DNA of 63,507 nucleotides, filler included, from Chiloscyllium plagiosum (lineage: Eukaryota), in assembly GCF_004010195.1 (NCBI RefSeq). It is 6 parts of 2 records of this genome, joined end to end, with 100 filler letters (N's around TTAATTAATTAA, not from the genome) between each part and the next. Parts side by side here need not be neighbours in the genome. Positions count along the whole stretch, not along the records: positions 61,087 to 63,507 come from NC_057716.1; 5 more parts are not named here. One strand, given 5' to 3'. How positions within the stretch are numbered: the stretch's first letter is position 1; the number at the start of each line of letters is the position of its first letter. The notes beneath the pieces are model-generated. The model worked only from the letters and a program-made list of their open reading frames with translations, had not been told where the DNA came from and did not search any database. Made by a program: the position numbers and the translations under genes. Shown here in pieces: positions 61,730-63,507 of this stretch.

Positions 61730-63300
61730 GTTATGGGGACAGATAGAAGGTTTTGTGGGAATGAGGGAGACTTACAATTGGTATGTTGCCTCCCAGGTGC
61801 CAGGGTTGGAGATGTCTCTGATCGTGTTTTCGGGATCCTTGAGGGGGAGGGGGAGCAGTCCCAAGTCGTGGTCCATATAGGCACCAATAACACAGGTAGG
61901 AAGAGAGATGGAGATTTAAGGCAGAAATTCAGGGAGCTAGGGTGGAAGCTTAGAGCTAGAACAAACAGAATTGTTATCTCTGGTTTGTTGTCTGTGCCAT
62001 GTGCTAGTGAAGTGATGAACAGGGAGAGCGCGGAGCTGGACACATGGCTGCAGGGATCATGCAGGAGGGAGGGTTTTGATTTCCATGATAATTGGAGGTC
62101 TTTTTGGGGAAGGTGGGACCGCTACAAACAGGATGATCTTCACCTGAATCAGATGGGTACCAATATCCTGAGGGGGAGATTTGCTAATGCTCTTTGGGAT
62201 TGTGGCGGGGCGGGGGTTAACCTAATGCAGCAGGGGGATAGGAACCTGAATTGTGGTTCCAGTGAACACGAGGTTGAGGGTACTGGGGTCAGGGATTGGT
62301 TTAGAAGGTCGCAAGAGGGCATTGACGATCAAGATTTTGGTTTGAAATGTGTGTACTTCAATGCCAGGAGCATCCGGAATAAGGTAGGTGAACTTGCAGC
62401 ATGGGTTGGGACCTGACATTTCGATGTTCTGGCCATTTCAGAGACATGGCTAGAGGAGGGACAGGAATGGTTGTTACAGATTCCAGAATTTAGATGTTTC
62501 AGCAAGAACAGAGATTATGATAAAAGAGCATGGGTATGGCATTGTTAATCAAGGGTGGCATTACAGCAGGTGAGAGAACATTTGAGGACTCATCCACTGA
62601 GGTATTTTGGGCTGAGATTAGAAACAGGAAAGGAGAGGTCACCCTGTTGGGAGTTTTCTATAGGCTTCCAAATTGTTCCAGCGATGTAGAGGATAGGATA
62701 GCAAAGATGATTCTTGATAGGAGCGAGAGTAACAGGATAGTTGTTACGGCGGACTTTAACTTCCCCAATACTGACCGAGAATACTGTAGTTCAAGTAGTT
62801 TAGATTGGTCAGTTTTTGTTCAATTTGTGCAGGAGGGTTTTCTGACACAGTATGTAGACAGGCCAAGAAGGGGAGATGCAATATTGAATTTGTTACTGGG
62901 GAATGAACCCAGCCAGCTGTTAGATTTGGAGGTAGGTGAGCACTTTGGCGATAGTGACCACAATTCGGTTATGTTTATATTAGAAATGGGCAGGGATGGG
63001 TATATACCACGGGAAAGAGGTACAACTGGGGGAAAGGCAATTGTGGTGCAATTAGGCAAGATTTAGGATGCATAGGATGGGGAAGGAAACTGCAGAGGAT
63101 GGATACATTTGAAATATGGACCTTATTCAAGGAACAGCTACTCCAGGTCCTTGATAAGTATATACCTATCAGGCAGGGAGGTACTTGTTGAGAGAGGGAG
63201 CGATGGTTTACTAAAGAAGTTGAAGATCTTGTCAAGAGGAGGAAGAAAGCTTATGTGAGGATGAGGCATGAAGGCACAGTTAGGGGGTTTGAGAATTATG
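61730..63300 (+). mobile_element. CR1 ORF1 esterase region and ORF2 endonuclease (decayed)
   Basis: VCCLPGARV...VVVHIGTN...IVISGLL...DDLHLN; YFNARSIRNK; DFNFPN; SDHNSV. Confidence 0.88.
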
Positions 63301-63302
63301 TT

Positions 63303-63507
63303 AGGAGAAAGTGAGGATTGCAGATGCTGGAGATCAGAGCTTAAAAATGTGTTGTTGGAAAAGCGCAGCAGGTCAGGCAGCATGAAAGGAGCAGGAGAAT
63401 CGACGTTTCGGGCATAAGCCCTTCTTCAGGAATGAGGAGGGTGTGCCAAGCAGGCTAAGATAAAAGGTAGGGAGGAGGGACTTGGGGAAGGGGCATTGAG
63501 AATACGA
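63303..63507 (-). mobile_element. PLE tailed terminus with hammerhead at 63398-63433, running off the window
   Basis: ggagaaagtgaggattgcagatgctggagatcagagc...gacgtttcgggcataagcccttcttcaggaat. Confidence 0.85.

Overview
Repeat-dense vertebrate genomic DNA, almost certainly a shark or other elasmobranch, judged from HE1-type V-SINEs, CR1 LINEs and a 33-bp minisatellite. It is a draft scaffold with five 100-bp N-TTAATTAATTAA-N linkers and two plain N gaps. Two host genes lie on the minus strand. SMPD1 (acid sphingomyelinase) is represented by its large exon 2 (368-1137). A DNHD1-like dynein heavy-chain gene is represented by a 1771-bp AAA3/AAA4 exon, three consecutive AAA5-region exons and the terminal exon with poly(A) signals; many of its exons are missing across gaps. 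Most of the rest is nested retroelements: CR1, a Rex1/Babar-like LINE, HE1 SINEs, one solo LTR and many Penelope-like element (PLE) pieces. The most notable structure is a recurring PLE architecture in at least three families: inverted tail-out arms, a short tail on one arm only, 11-15 bp target-site duplications (TSDs) and minimal hammerhead-ribozyme motifs. One such insertion (31164-33798) encloses about 1.9 kb of unrelated older genomic DNA inside one TSD. Other items are a roughly 1.57-kb fold-back palindrome centred on a PLE ribozyme end and two RFX X-box motifs near the ciliary dynein gene. All calls are by eye; no searches were run.
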